64,000 nt of DNA from NCBI GenBank assembly GCA_965112155.1, contig OZ218103.1, one strand, 5' to 3'. Position numbers and translations under genes: made by a program. The stretch comes from Podarcis liolepis. Its lineage: Eukaryota. The stretch's first letter is position 1; each line of letters starts with the position of its first letter. Positions 36,801 to 48,800 of the stretch are shown piece by piece. The notes below the pieces were generated by a model. That model was not told the origin of the DNA and did no database searches. It worked only from the letters and a program-made list of their open reading frames with translations.

Positions 36801-39800
36801 AAATCTCTGAACAGTGTGCTCTAGGTTTGCTGCTGGAGGATTAGTTAGGGCACTTTCTCCATATTGTACTTTGTAGGAGCCCAGAGAAACCTACAGCAGC
36901 CTATCTTTCCAGCCTTTAAAGCTATGCATACATTCTCTCTACACTACAGCATTAGAACTTGGTCCTACAAAAGAGTTTTGCCCTCCAGCAGCAAAAACGT
37001 TAATTTTACTGTGATATCTTAAGCTGACTACTACAAATCAACTTATTTATCCCATGCATCCTCATCCCGGGTTCTCATTTGTTGCAGATTCAGAATGACC
37101 AGTGCCAGCCAACTGTAGAGGAGTCACGATGGATGAGAACCACAGAGAAAGGGTGGGAGACGCACACTGTAAGTGCACAGAGCTCCTTAACTGTGCTTAT
37201 GGCCCACAGGAGCTTGGAGAAGGAGACCTGTGTGTGCTTCTGGGACTCCGTACTGAAGTCCCAAACGGTACAGCCTTTGAGTATCAGCTGGGACTTGAAC
37301 TGTCTGTGCTTTGAACATTTGCAGGTGCAGCTGAGTCAGGGCAACAATGTTCTGTTTTGGAGAACGACAGCCTTCTCTGTGTGGTCCAAAACTCCCAAGC
37401 CTGTGTTGGTGAGGAACATTGAGATTACAGGTTTGTGTTTGGTTGGTGCATGTCTCGGGTCTGATGCCACTATGCAAGCTGTCGTTGTGCCCAGCAGCGG
37501 CTAAAAGGTTTTTTTTCCTCTCTTGCACTGCTATCCAACCTCACTCCTTTCCTCCCCCCTGTTCCCTAGGAGTAGCCTTCACTTCTGAATGCTTTCCCTG
37601 CAAGGCAGGCACCTACACAGCCAAATTAGGTTCTTCCTTCTGCCAGCCATGCCCAGCAAACTCCTACTCCAGCAAAACAGCTACTTCCTGTCACCAGTGC
37701 GAGCCGGCAATGTACTCAGGTAAGCACCTTAGCTAATTATCAGAAAACTTATGAAGGAGGCTGATTTATGACTTTGAAGTATAGGAAGCTGCTTTTATAT
37801 GGAGTCCATCTTGCTCAATATTGTCTACACTGACTGGCAGTGGCTCTCCAGGGTTTATGGCAGGAATCTCTCCCAGCCCTACCTGGGGATGTTGGGGATT
37901 GAACTTGGGACCTTCTATATGCAAGGCAGGGGCAGTACCACTGAGCTATGGGTATTCCCATAGCTTTACTAAGCAAAAGTATCCCGTATCCCCAGCTGTT
38001 TGCCCAGCTTCCAAGTTCAGTTGAATATGCTACCTAAATCTTCCTGCCAGCTTAGAACCCATTGCACCTGCTCTAACGAAGAAAATCCAGTTGCTCTTCT
38101 TTCTCCTCTTCAAAAATGTAATTAATGTAGCCATGTTCTTTCCCCTGTAAGAGGCTAAGTCTGCAGTGTTGGGTACTGCTTTTGCTTTTGCTTGTAATGA
38201 TTTGGCATCATCCCTCTGATCACACACACCATTTTCTTTCTCCCAGTAACATTCACAAGCATGTGAAACTGAGGGGGAGAGGAGGGAAAACAGTAAGCGA
38301 AGATGAAACCAAAAGCCTGGGGTAGCCAGTGTAGTGCCCACCCAGATGAGCCTCAGTCAGCCCAAACCAGAATAGACAGTGGGTCAAAGATGATGGGAGC
38401 TCCTGGGAGACAGCCCATTAGCTATCCTTGCCAAAAGCTATTTCTAAGCAGTTTCCATTAACACAAGCACCAAGAAGTATCGTTTTAACTTCCTCCTGGC
38501 TTATTGATAGCGAGGCATTTAAAAGTGCAGTTATTTAAATTCCCTTCATCATTGGAGGGTGTTGGCATGCTTAGAAGCATTTATTATTGCAAGATGGAAG
38601 CATAGGGAACCCCCCCCCCCAGCTTTTGCATGCCCACTTGGGTGCCATTTTCCTTCTTCCCTGGGCATTTGATAAGTTTGAGAAAGTTGCGGGGTGGGGA
38701 CTGGCAAGCAAGATTACTCGCAACAATGGAGAAATTAGCCCAGCCTGGATCTATATGAGCTTTGGAAAATTACTGGGGAAATCTTGAGCTTTTTCAGAGA
38801 ATTCTCCAAACAAAAGTTTGGCAAGATCTAGCCCATTAAATGTAGGCACATTTTTATCCTCTCCATGGAAAGTAGGTCTAAGTCTCAAGCAGATTTTTGA
38901 TCCGTAGTTCTGTGTTTTTGGAGGAATTTTACACAGCTGGATTTGGGGCATCATTCTCATGTATTGCTCTCTGCATAATGAGGGATATATTTTGTTAGCG
39001 CCTTCATGCTTTGAGCAATTTGCTCAGTTCTATGGAACTCTGCCTTGCAGAAAGACTTGGAAAGTTACTTTCAAATTACAGGCTCATAGCAGTTTCATTC
39101 CTCTTTGTGATTGCTTAGAATCACAGAATCACAGAATTGTAGAGTTGGAAGGGACCACGGGGGTCATTTAGTCCAACCCCCTGCAATGCAGCAATCTTTT
39201 GCCCAGCATGGGGCTTGAACCCATTACTCTTGAGATTAAGAGTCTCATGTTCTACCGACTTAGCTATCTCAGGCTTGCATCATATTTGGCAAGTGCAATA
39301 TCAGTGTTGTCTGTTCCCCTATAAGAAGTGGCAGCAGTTGGCACATCAGACTGCAGCATTTTGATTGGTTGCTGTCGTGTAGGAAGACTTTGACTTGATC
39401 AGCTTCAAAACCTTATGCTTGAAGCATTTTACCAGGCTGCTGGAAACTATAGGAGACGACAATGGACCTTGGGTTTCCCCTTTCCTACATGGGGAAGGGA
39501 GTATTCAGCTTAATGACAAAATGCTCCATCTTCAGGGCAAAATCCCTGCAATTTTCTCATCAATTGCTGCCACTTTTTCTTACCCTAAAAGGGCTGGGAA
39601 CTGCCTGCTCCTTTAACATGATACAAAAATGTGTTCTTTGTTCCCGTCAAATTCAATTGTCTTAAGCAAATAGAAGGCAAATGGCTTCTAACAATTTCTA
39701 GGAGAACAAATGTTGGAACTGAAGCCTGAAACGACCTGTACATCTGCAAACATGCACACACTGCCCTTCTCATTGCTCCGGTTAAATACACTGAATAGAT

Positions 39801-42800
39801 TTATGGTAGCCGTGATTAGTACCCGCTACACAGAGATAAAATATGGGCATGTGTGTGAGATGGGCATGGCACCTTTCTGAAGTTCCTGCTGATTGTTGCT
39901 AGATTGATTCTTTCATGCTCACGTGGTTTTAACCATTGTTTCCTCTTTTCAATGAAGAACCAGGTTCAGCATCATGCAAGCCACGCCCAGCTTGCACAGA
40001 TAAGGATTATTTTTATACTCATACAGCCTGTGATACCAATGGAGAGGTAATTCACCTTCTGGATTTCCTTGTTTGTGATGGTGGCGTTTAAATAATGAAA
40101 ATTTCTTGTTTAGCTTTTTGACGTACACAGCTATAGAGCTTACCTTTAACGGAAAAGACCGTACTGCAAAGCATTGTTCATGCTTTAATAAGCAGGGACA
40201 TAAGGAGTAAGTGAGCATGCAGGAATATAAAGGAGTCAGGCCCTGAAGATGGCATGGCTGGCTAAGCTTACCCACCTCTTTTAATTAGCAGAACCCACTG
40301 CTGCTGGTTTCTCCTTATTAGAAGAGGTGTGTGGCCTTGGAAAGGCCTCAGCTCCTTGTCTACCTCAGGAAGAGGGAAGTGGCTACAGCGGGATGTGGCA
40401 TGAACCTGCAGGCTTCCTTCTCTTGGGGGTGGTGTGTGGTGACGAAGGGGAGAAACTTGTTCTTCCCATCATCATGCCACCACCACCAAGAGAAGGAAGC
40501 CTAAATGGGACACAAAGGGGAGAAACACATTCTCCCCTTGTGTCCTGCCTCAGAGAAGGAAGCCTGTGTAGGATTCCTTGCAGTGACAGACTTTGGGGTC
40601 TCCTGCCCTCTGGGGCAAAATGTATCACGCCAGCACTGGCACCTGGTCACTGTGAAAGCAGAATGTTGGGGTAGTTGGGTCAATTCAAGCAAGGCTCTTC
40701 TTATCACTGCTGTGTGCAAAGAGCACCCCCATGCGGACCATTTCATACTGACAGTATATTACTAAACTTGGGGAGGGAACTCAGAACACCCGGGAGGAGG
40801 AGGAGCTAATATCTTGGGGCTTCTTTCCTGGAATATTCTCATAATGCTTTTTGCAGATGGGCAGAGAGCCTGTGTAATTGTTGTTCATGTAAAGAGATAT
40901 CTAGGCATTGCACAGCTTTTTGCGGATCAAAGTGTAGAAATGTTTGCTCCTATCTCTTTCTTATATCAACAGACTCAGTTAATGTATAAGTGGGCCGAAC
41001 CAAAGATCTGCAGCGAGGAGCTCCCCGGTTCTGTGGAATTGCCTGCTTCTGGCGTAAAAACTACATGCCCACCTTGCAATCCTGGTTTTTTCAAGACAAA
41101 CACCAGTTCCTGTGAGCCCTGCCCATACGGATCATATTCAAATGGGTCTGGTAATGCTGTTCTGTTCTTTCCTTCTTGGCTGGCCAAATTGTCACGTGAA
41201 TTACTTTCTTTAAAACGTTTCAATGAATAGGGACCTGTGCAGTGTCAGTGGGGATGCATGCAGGGAACCCGAAGTTACTGATTTGGAGTTGATGTTATTT
41301 ATGCTTACTGCATTCAGAGGTGGCATAAAAAGGAGCCCAGTCTTTGTGTGAGCTCTTCATTTTCCTATTCTTCGTTACTGCTCATAATTCCACATTCTTG
41401 CCAATGGCAACAGAGTTGTAAGGTTGAATACAGCTTATGGAACTGGCTGCTTTGTCCTTACACAGATAGCTCCTCTTTGTCACTTACTTGATTAAAAACA
41501 GCCACAACAAAAATGCATGATATGACACTCCCCTTCTATCAGGAAATTCATTGGTAATTTGCAGAGGCGGCTACCAGCCTATTCTTAGGGTTTGCTTACC
41601 CAACCACTTTTGCAAATGGAAGAATCAATATGCAACGACTCTCCTGGTAAAGGCCTGCAAGGTAATATTATCTTGTGGTAGCAATGTAAGTGTAAGTCCT
41701 GGAAAACACCCCCCCCCCCCAGCATATGTCAAGATACCGCAAAATAGTGGCTAGAACTCATCGGGCCACTTTGCCACTTTGATATCAAGTGGGAAAGCTC
41801 TGCCCAAGGGGATTTTTCCACCTGAAAAAAGTGTGCAGTATATGTTCAGTATGCATGCGCATGTGCACACCACTGAAGCATGTTGCTGCCAAGCCTGCCT
41901 CTGTATAGGTTATTCTCATTCTTTGTTTTAGAAAGGGCTGCTAGCGCCCACCAGCCTCCTAGTGACAGCCTTCCACATGGGAGTTCATTCCTCCTCCCGA
42001 GTTTCAGCATTGTAATGTTGCTTCCTTCTGTTCTCAGGTTGCATCAACTGCACCGTTGGGACTGAACCAGCTCTAGGCTTTGAATACAAATGGTGGAACA
42101 CGCTGCCAGCAAACATGGAGACGACGGTCCTCAGTGGAACCAGTTTTGAATATAAGGGAATGGCAGGTATCTTCATGGGGACATATTAACCCGAGGCGTT
42201 GGGGCAGTTCTTGCATGGGTGGGCACTGTCATGTTGTGAGGTCTCTTGCCCCTTCAAGCAGTGGGGAAGTTCACAGCGCAGTGACGCTTGCTCATTCCAC
42301 TCGTAGTGTCAGATGTTGCCAGATCAAAGAGAGGGGAGACACAGGGCTGCCTGCTTTCAGCGGCCGTCATGCTAAATTGTCTAGTTCTGGCCTCAGGCAA
42401 CTGGACTTCCCGTGTCTCTGAGAAGTATGTAAGCATTTATAGAGCTGTGTATTTAATGATATCCAGCTGAAGTAATGCCCTTTCACTGCATGGAGATGGT
42501 GTTCTGTCTGTTGTTTCAGGGTGGGAAGTAGCTGGTGACTACATCTACACAGCAGCAGGAGCCTCTGACAATGACTTCATGATACTGACACTGGTGATTC
42601 CTGGGTTCAGGTGAGTGTGTAGCTGAGCTGGCGATGGCAAGCCTATGCATCCAAAATGCAGTAGGAGCACTGAGTCCAAGCAGTGGGACCTTCTCCCCTT
42701 TAAGAGTCTGCTGCTTGCATTACTTCTTCCACTGTGCTCATTAGTGAACAATAACAGAATGAATGAATGAGGGATTGAGTTGGCTTTTCAGTTTAACAAA

Positions 42801-45800
42801 TCCTTGAAACATATATGAGCTCTCAGCAGCTGCCTGATTTTTGCCATGTCCTGGAACCAGCCATTCTTTCAATGTATGCGTGTGACTGGAGTGCTTGATT
42901 TTATTGGACCGGCCATCCTCAGATTCTTCAACTGTGTTCCAAACAAGAGGATAAGCTGAGGGAAACATTCAGATTCATGGCTTGCTGAAGTAAGCCTTGC
43001 TAACTGAGGTGGTCTGTTTCCAGACATTCCTGCTCCCATCTCCTGTCCTTGCTCTGTTTTCAGCAAGACCTTGAGCAAATAGATACCCCCTGAGTTTTGC
43101 TTGCTCTCTTGCAGTTCCCCACAATCGGTGATGGAGGACTCCGAAAGTAAAGAGATTGCAAGAATCACATTCGTCTTTGAAACGATCTGCAGTATGAGTT
43201 GTGAGCTTTATTTCATGGTGGTAAGTTGATCCAGCTTCTTCTCTCTCCAAAGTGGATAAGCTTTCTCTTGCTTAGTTTGCCTTGGGGTTTTGTGTTCCCA
43301 AGGCACAACAGGCTGTGGAAGGCACATGCCCCTCCTTCCTCTGTAGTTGATGCCTTTAGAAAAAGAGGCAAATATCTTGGCTGTTTCCCAATTCCGGAAA
43401 CTTTCATCTGAAATCAATATATTCCTATGGGGATATTTTCAAAGGTACAATAGCCCACCTGCATCCTGTAGTTACAGCTCTGTGAGGACTCTGTGTCAAA
43501 ATGCCACCATGGCAGCGAGAAAAATAAATATAGGTATACCACCTGTTGGTATGTTAAAAAATCAGCATTGTTGATAACATTAATATTATTAATAAAAACA
43601 GTGTAAGAACTGGAAAACTATTCTAGGCACATTTTGTTCAGAGATACACTTTGGACAGGTAGCAAGGTCACTCATCATGCACAGTGCAAAATGAAAAAGA
43701 CTTGTGAAAATGTTAAAATAAATGAGTATTACTGGATTTTGCAAATGATGCTCTGAATTTCCTGTGCTTTCTGACCTGCAGCCCAAATCAGCTTCTCTTA
43801 GGCTACAATGGGCGCGAAGGAAAATCCCTCCTAGTCACTATAGCCTCTCTTCCCCAACTTCAGTGTCATCTGTCCTCTTAACTGCTTCCTTCCCACTAAT
43901 GCCCCCCCTCCTTTTCAGTTGGCTATTCCAAGGCTCTCACAATCTGCCTAGCCTGATTTCCCTGCTTATACTCGTTATGGAAATATCTGTATCTGTAATA
44001 ATAAATAATTATTTAGGTAGAAAATGTTGCTTGCTCTTTACTCACTAGGCCCCTGCTTTATCTCTGGCAGGGTGTCAATTCCAGAACCAACACACCTGTG
44101 GAAACCTGGATTGGCTCGAAAGGAAAGCAATCCTACACCTACATCATTGAAAAGAACGCCACCATGAGCTTCACGTGGGCCTTCCAAAGAACAGCATACC
44201 ATGAGCCGGTATGGACTATCACTTTCTGGGGAACCTTCTATTCACAGCCAGCTCCTCAGTTATCCTTTTTATGGGGAGTTCCTTGCCAGGAATCAGATAT
44301 ACCCCAGTGTCTTGCTAATCAAAGATGTCCTAGCAAGGAATAGGCATGCTATCCTCATTTGCAGCATCCCACCTTCCCTTTATCAAACGCTTCTACCTCT
44401 CCAAGGCCCTATGGACACTTTCTGTGTTTTGTTCTAGGGAAGAAAATACACCAACGATGTTGCCAAGCTGTACTCTATCAATGTGACCAACGTCATCGAA
44501 GGCGTAGCGTCATACTGCCGGGTGTGCGCTCTGGAATCCTCGGGCTCGTCCTGTACTTCCTGCCCACACGGCCACTACATTGACAGAAGCTCTGGGGGCT
44601 GCTACCCATGTGCAGCAAACACGTACCTGAAAGCTCACCAGCCCTATGGCAGCCAGGCCTGCATCCCTTGTGGCCCCGGCACAAAAAATAACCCGGTAAT
44701 ATTGTCCTCCTTTCTGCCTATCGTTTCTGGCCAATTTGCAATGATCTACACTGTTAGCTAAATAAAAGCGCCCCATTAAGTTTATAAATCATTTAGTTGG
44801 CAGAGGGCTATCCATTAAAAGCAGCAGTAGGGCAGTATCAATATATTAGTATTAGTATTAGTATTAGTATTAGTATTAGTATTAGTATTAGTATACCGCC
44901 CCTTATCCAAAATTACAGACATGCATGCACAAGAAATTGCATGCAGAAGAAATTGCAGATCTGTTAGCCGGAGAGAGTTTCACTTGAAGTGGCAGGCAAG
45001 ATCCCACCCAGTCATCAGAGCCCGCCCGCTCACATGGTATGCATGAGGCCAGATCCTTAAAAAAGAAGAAGATATATAACTGAAAACTTTGTCTTAATAA
45101 ATTTTTGCATTTTTGTTATTGAAAACGTGGAACCTGTAGACTGAAAGGGATTCTTCCCTTACCAAATCATCCCAGAGTTTTGCTTTTTAAAAAACCCCAA
45201 GCTTGTCTTTCCTCAGAAATATTAAGTTATTTCCTGCCAAAATGGAAATGGCATTATAACAGCTAAGCGGTTCATCTCCACATATTCTGTTTTGTGTAAT
45301 TATCCACATGGTTCCCTGGAGGAAATTGGCAAGTGAGATTCCTGTGAACAGAAGCTTATGGGATTCTGGATCACTATAAACCTGGCCAGCTTGAGAATAA
45401 TCAGCCACATTTGGGCTCCTTCCTCTCAGAGTAAACTTGGGTTTTACATGCTGCTGGAGACGATGACAATTTCTGAGCTCCTCTATGAGGAAATAAATTG
45501 ACTGTAAAAAAATGTTCTGCTCCCCAGATCCATTCTCTTTGTTACAGTGACTGTCACCTCTCAGTCATCGCGGACGGCAGGACTCTGGAGTATGACTTCT
45601 CAGCGCTGTCTAATAGCACCTCCTTTTTGGTGGGGCCCAGTTTTACCACCAAAGGGCTAAAGTATTTTCACCACTTCAACATCAGCCTCTGTGGGAATCA
45701 TGTAAGTACGTGGCGAGGCTTCTGAGAAGCCCATCCTCTATGCAGGGCCCCAACATGTGAGAGTGGCTTATATGGTACAAATCACTCTTATGTGAAGAGA

Positions 45801-48800
45801 GTTTCTAGGCACCCATGCTCACCCCGGAGCCGCAGAACGTTTCCTTAGCAGAATCCCATTCTCCTGGCTACTCTAGCTGAACCACCGCAACAAAACAGCT
45901 CAAATTCTTGAAGGTCTCTTATCTGTAACTTAAGGGAAACGTTTTACTATCGTGATGCAACTGCCCTTCTCTCCTGTGAAAGGATGGGTGTTAATAGATC
46001 CCTGTGCACTGAAAGTGTGTGTGTCACAGTATCATTGATTTATCCCCACTACCAATGACAGCTGGTGACCACACACCCTACCCATGCATACAGAACTCTT
46101 TGGAATAGGCTCTTTGTGTGTACATAGAGCTACATAGAGCTTCTCCATGCAAAGCAGGGTCCGTTTATCCCAGACTCCTCACCCCTGTTATATGTGAGAG
46201 CTCTACGCACATACATTGATACACAAATAGACGCCCTTCCAACATGCATGGGTAATGGAAAATGCGGTGATCAGAGGCGCTGGTGCTAGGCTTTGAAACC
46301 CTCCTCGTGCTTTCAGTGCAATAGGGTGGGTTCATCTGAGTCCTCTTACTATGGTTCCTTTAAAAAGAACTTCAGGTTTTATAAAGACAAGGATCCAGCC
46401 AACTCTCTCTCTCCCCCTTTGCAATTCTCTGAAGGGAAGGAAAATGGCAACCTGCACGGATAACGTCACAGACATGCACATCCTGGGCAAAGAGACAGAG
46501 TTCTCCAAATCAACTTCCTCCTATGTATGCCAGTCCATCATTGTCCCCTCTGATGTGATGGCTTACAAATCAGTGGTGTCTTCCCAACCCGTGAGCCTGG
46601 CAGACCGCTTTGTAGGTGAGAATTGCAGGGAGCATAAGTCTGTGCTTTGAACAGAGGACTCTGGTTGCTGTTTGATAGAGGCTTTTGGGGGAGTTGCATG
46701 TGCTGATTCAGGTGACAGGAACATCCCTGATTATGCCTTCTAGATAAGTCATAGAATCATAGAGCTGGAAGGTACCCAAAGGGTTGTCTAGCTCAACTCC
46801 CTGCAAAGCAGGAATTACAGCTAAGGAATCCCTGGCAGATGGCCATCCCACATCTGTTTAAAAACCTCCAATGAAGGAGAGTCCATCATGTTCCAAGGGA
46901 GTCCATTCCACTGTCAAACAACTGAATGGAAAAGTAGTGAGTTCAGTGTGGCTCCTTCATCTAAAACAAAGTCAACTTTGATGAAAACCCTACACTACTC
47001 AGTGCCACTAAACTTTAGTTCCCCACTCCTCATCTGTGTTTTTTGCTTTCTGTCCAGGTCCCAGGAAAGCAAAGGAGGGAAAGTCATAGCAATTTCCCAA
47101 TTTTTGCTGCTTCTTTTTTTTAAAAAAAGTATATAGCTAGAGAAATACTTCTCCTTTTTTTTGCACTGGGTTCTGTTCTACCTCAAATCACTGGCACCAC
47201 CTCCAGGCCCATAAAATAAAGTATATTTTATTTCCAGGAATTGGCAATCTACTTTTATTTTATATATTGTCATTTTATTTTTATTTTTTTCAAGACCTGG
47301 CAATCCAATAGCTAAACCTGGGTCACTCACACACACTAACAGAGCCTAACCAAAGGCACAACAGGCCTCACTTGTTTCTCTGACCCTGATCAGCATTTGT
47401 GAGGAAAGCAATGAACAAGGCAAGCCTGTTTTCTGGAAGCAGTGAAGAGAGAATTGAAATTGGATTCTCCTCTGTGAAGCTCTTTAGCACAGTCAGTTTT
47501 GGGAGAGGGGTGGTCCTGGGAACGTCCACTGTCTTCTCAGTGCACTGTCCTTCTCACTGGTTTGCTTCTAACTTGTAGGAGTAACAAGGGAGACCACTCT
47601 GGACAACATCACTTCTTTTCCTGACTATTTCCCTGCAGAGAATGTGGGCTTACCGGATGTGATATTTTTTTACAGGTAAGCTACAAGCCTGCCAAACATA
47701 GGTGAAGGCAGTTTTAGCAGTTTTCTTCTGTGGAAAACTCTGGGTTATTCATGTGTCTTGGAACATTTTTTAGTATTTCAGCATCACAGGGAATTGGGGG
47801 GCTTTGGCATTCTGGAACCCTCCAAAGAGGATTGAACAAACTCATGAAGGGATAAAGCTATCAATGGCTACTAGTTGTGATGGCTGTGCTCTGCCTCCAC
47901 AATCAGAGATAGTAGTGCTTTTGAATACCAGTTTCTAGAAACCGCAGGAGGAGAGAGTGCTCTTGTGTCAAATCATTCTCTGGAAGGTCCTGGGTTCTGC
48001 TGCTTCTTGCTTGCTCATGAGGTACACAGTTCATGAGGTACACAGTGATGATTTGCACGTGAACCAGTCACAGTATTACTGCTGTTACCAGCAGGAGTGG
48101 CTTTGATTCTGCAGAACCAGTTTGGCATCTTTTCTCCCCGCCTTCATCTCAGCTCGTCTCTAGCCTCTGGCAGGTGGGACTTGAATGTGTGAGAAGGAAG
48201 TTGGATCATTTTTTGGATGCTACTTTTCAGTGCATTCCTATGCTTAATTTGAAGGAACTTTTCAAGAAATCTTTAGTATTCCCATACCCTGGGAAAATCT
48301 ATCCTTGTGATTTGTCCTTCCTTTTCCTTGGGCCAGATTTCCTCTTTTAGTGCCATTTGTACAGCTGTGCAGCAGTCCTTTGTATGAAAAAGAAAAATGA
48401 TACAGTACACGTGTCTTAAGCGTTTCCCACTTTTTAAAAGTATGAAAACATGCTAGAAACAAGGGAGATACAGCATTGCGTTGCCCCCGAGTGACAGCTG
48501 TATTAGTGAGGAATGCTAGTACCGTGAAGCCTTGTAAAGGACAGGGCCTTCAGCTTTAGCAGGGATTTCATAACATGCATATATGTTGCAGATCCAGTGA
48601 TGTGACTCAGACTTGTAGTGCTGGGAGAGCTACTGCCATTAGAGTGAGATGTGATCCTCTAAAACCCCACTCTGGAGTGCTCTCTGTGCCGAGGTAAGTT
48701 CAAAGGTTAGTCAGTCTCAATAGCAGGTGCGCCCTGTTAAAACTACATTCTCCTCCAAACTCTACAGTGGGGCAAAAACTGGAAAAACTGGTGGAGAAAA

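Noticed and set aside
44844-44894. (TATTAG)n as an interstitial telomeric repeat or CRISPR-like array
   Set aside because: Not TTAGGG and no spacers; a simple microsatellite, probably an expanded retroposon tail.
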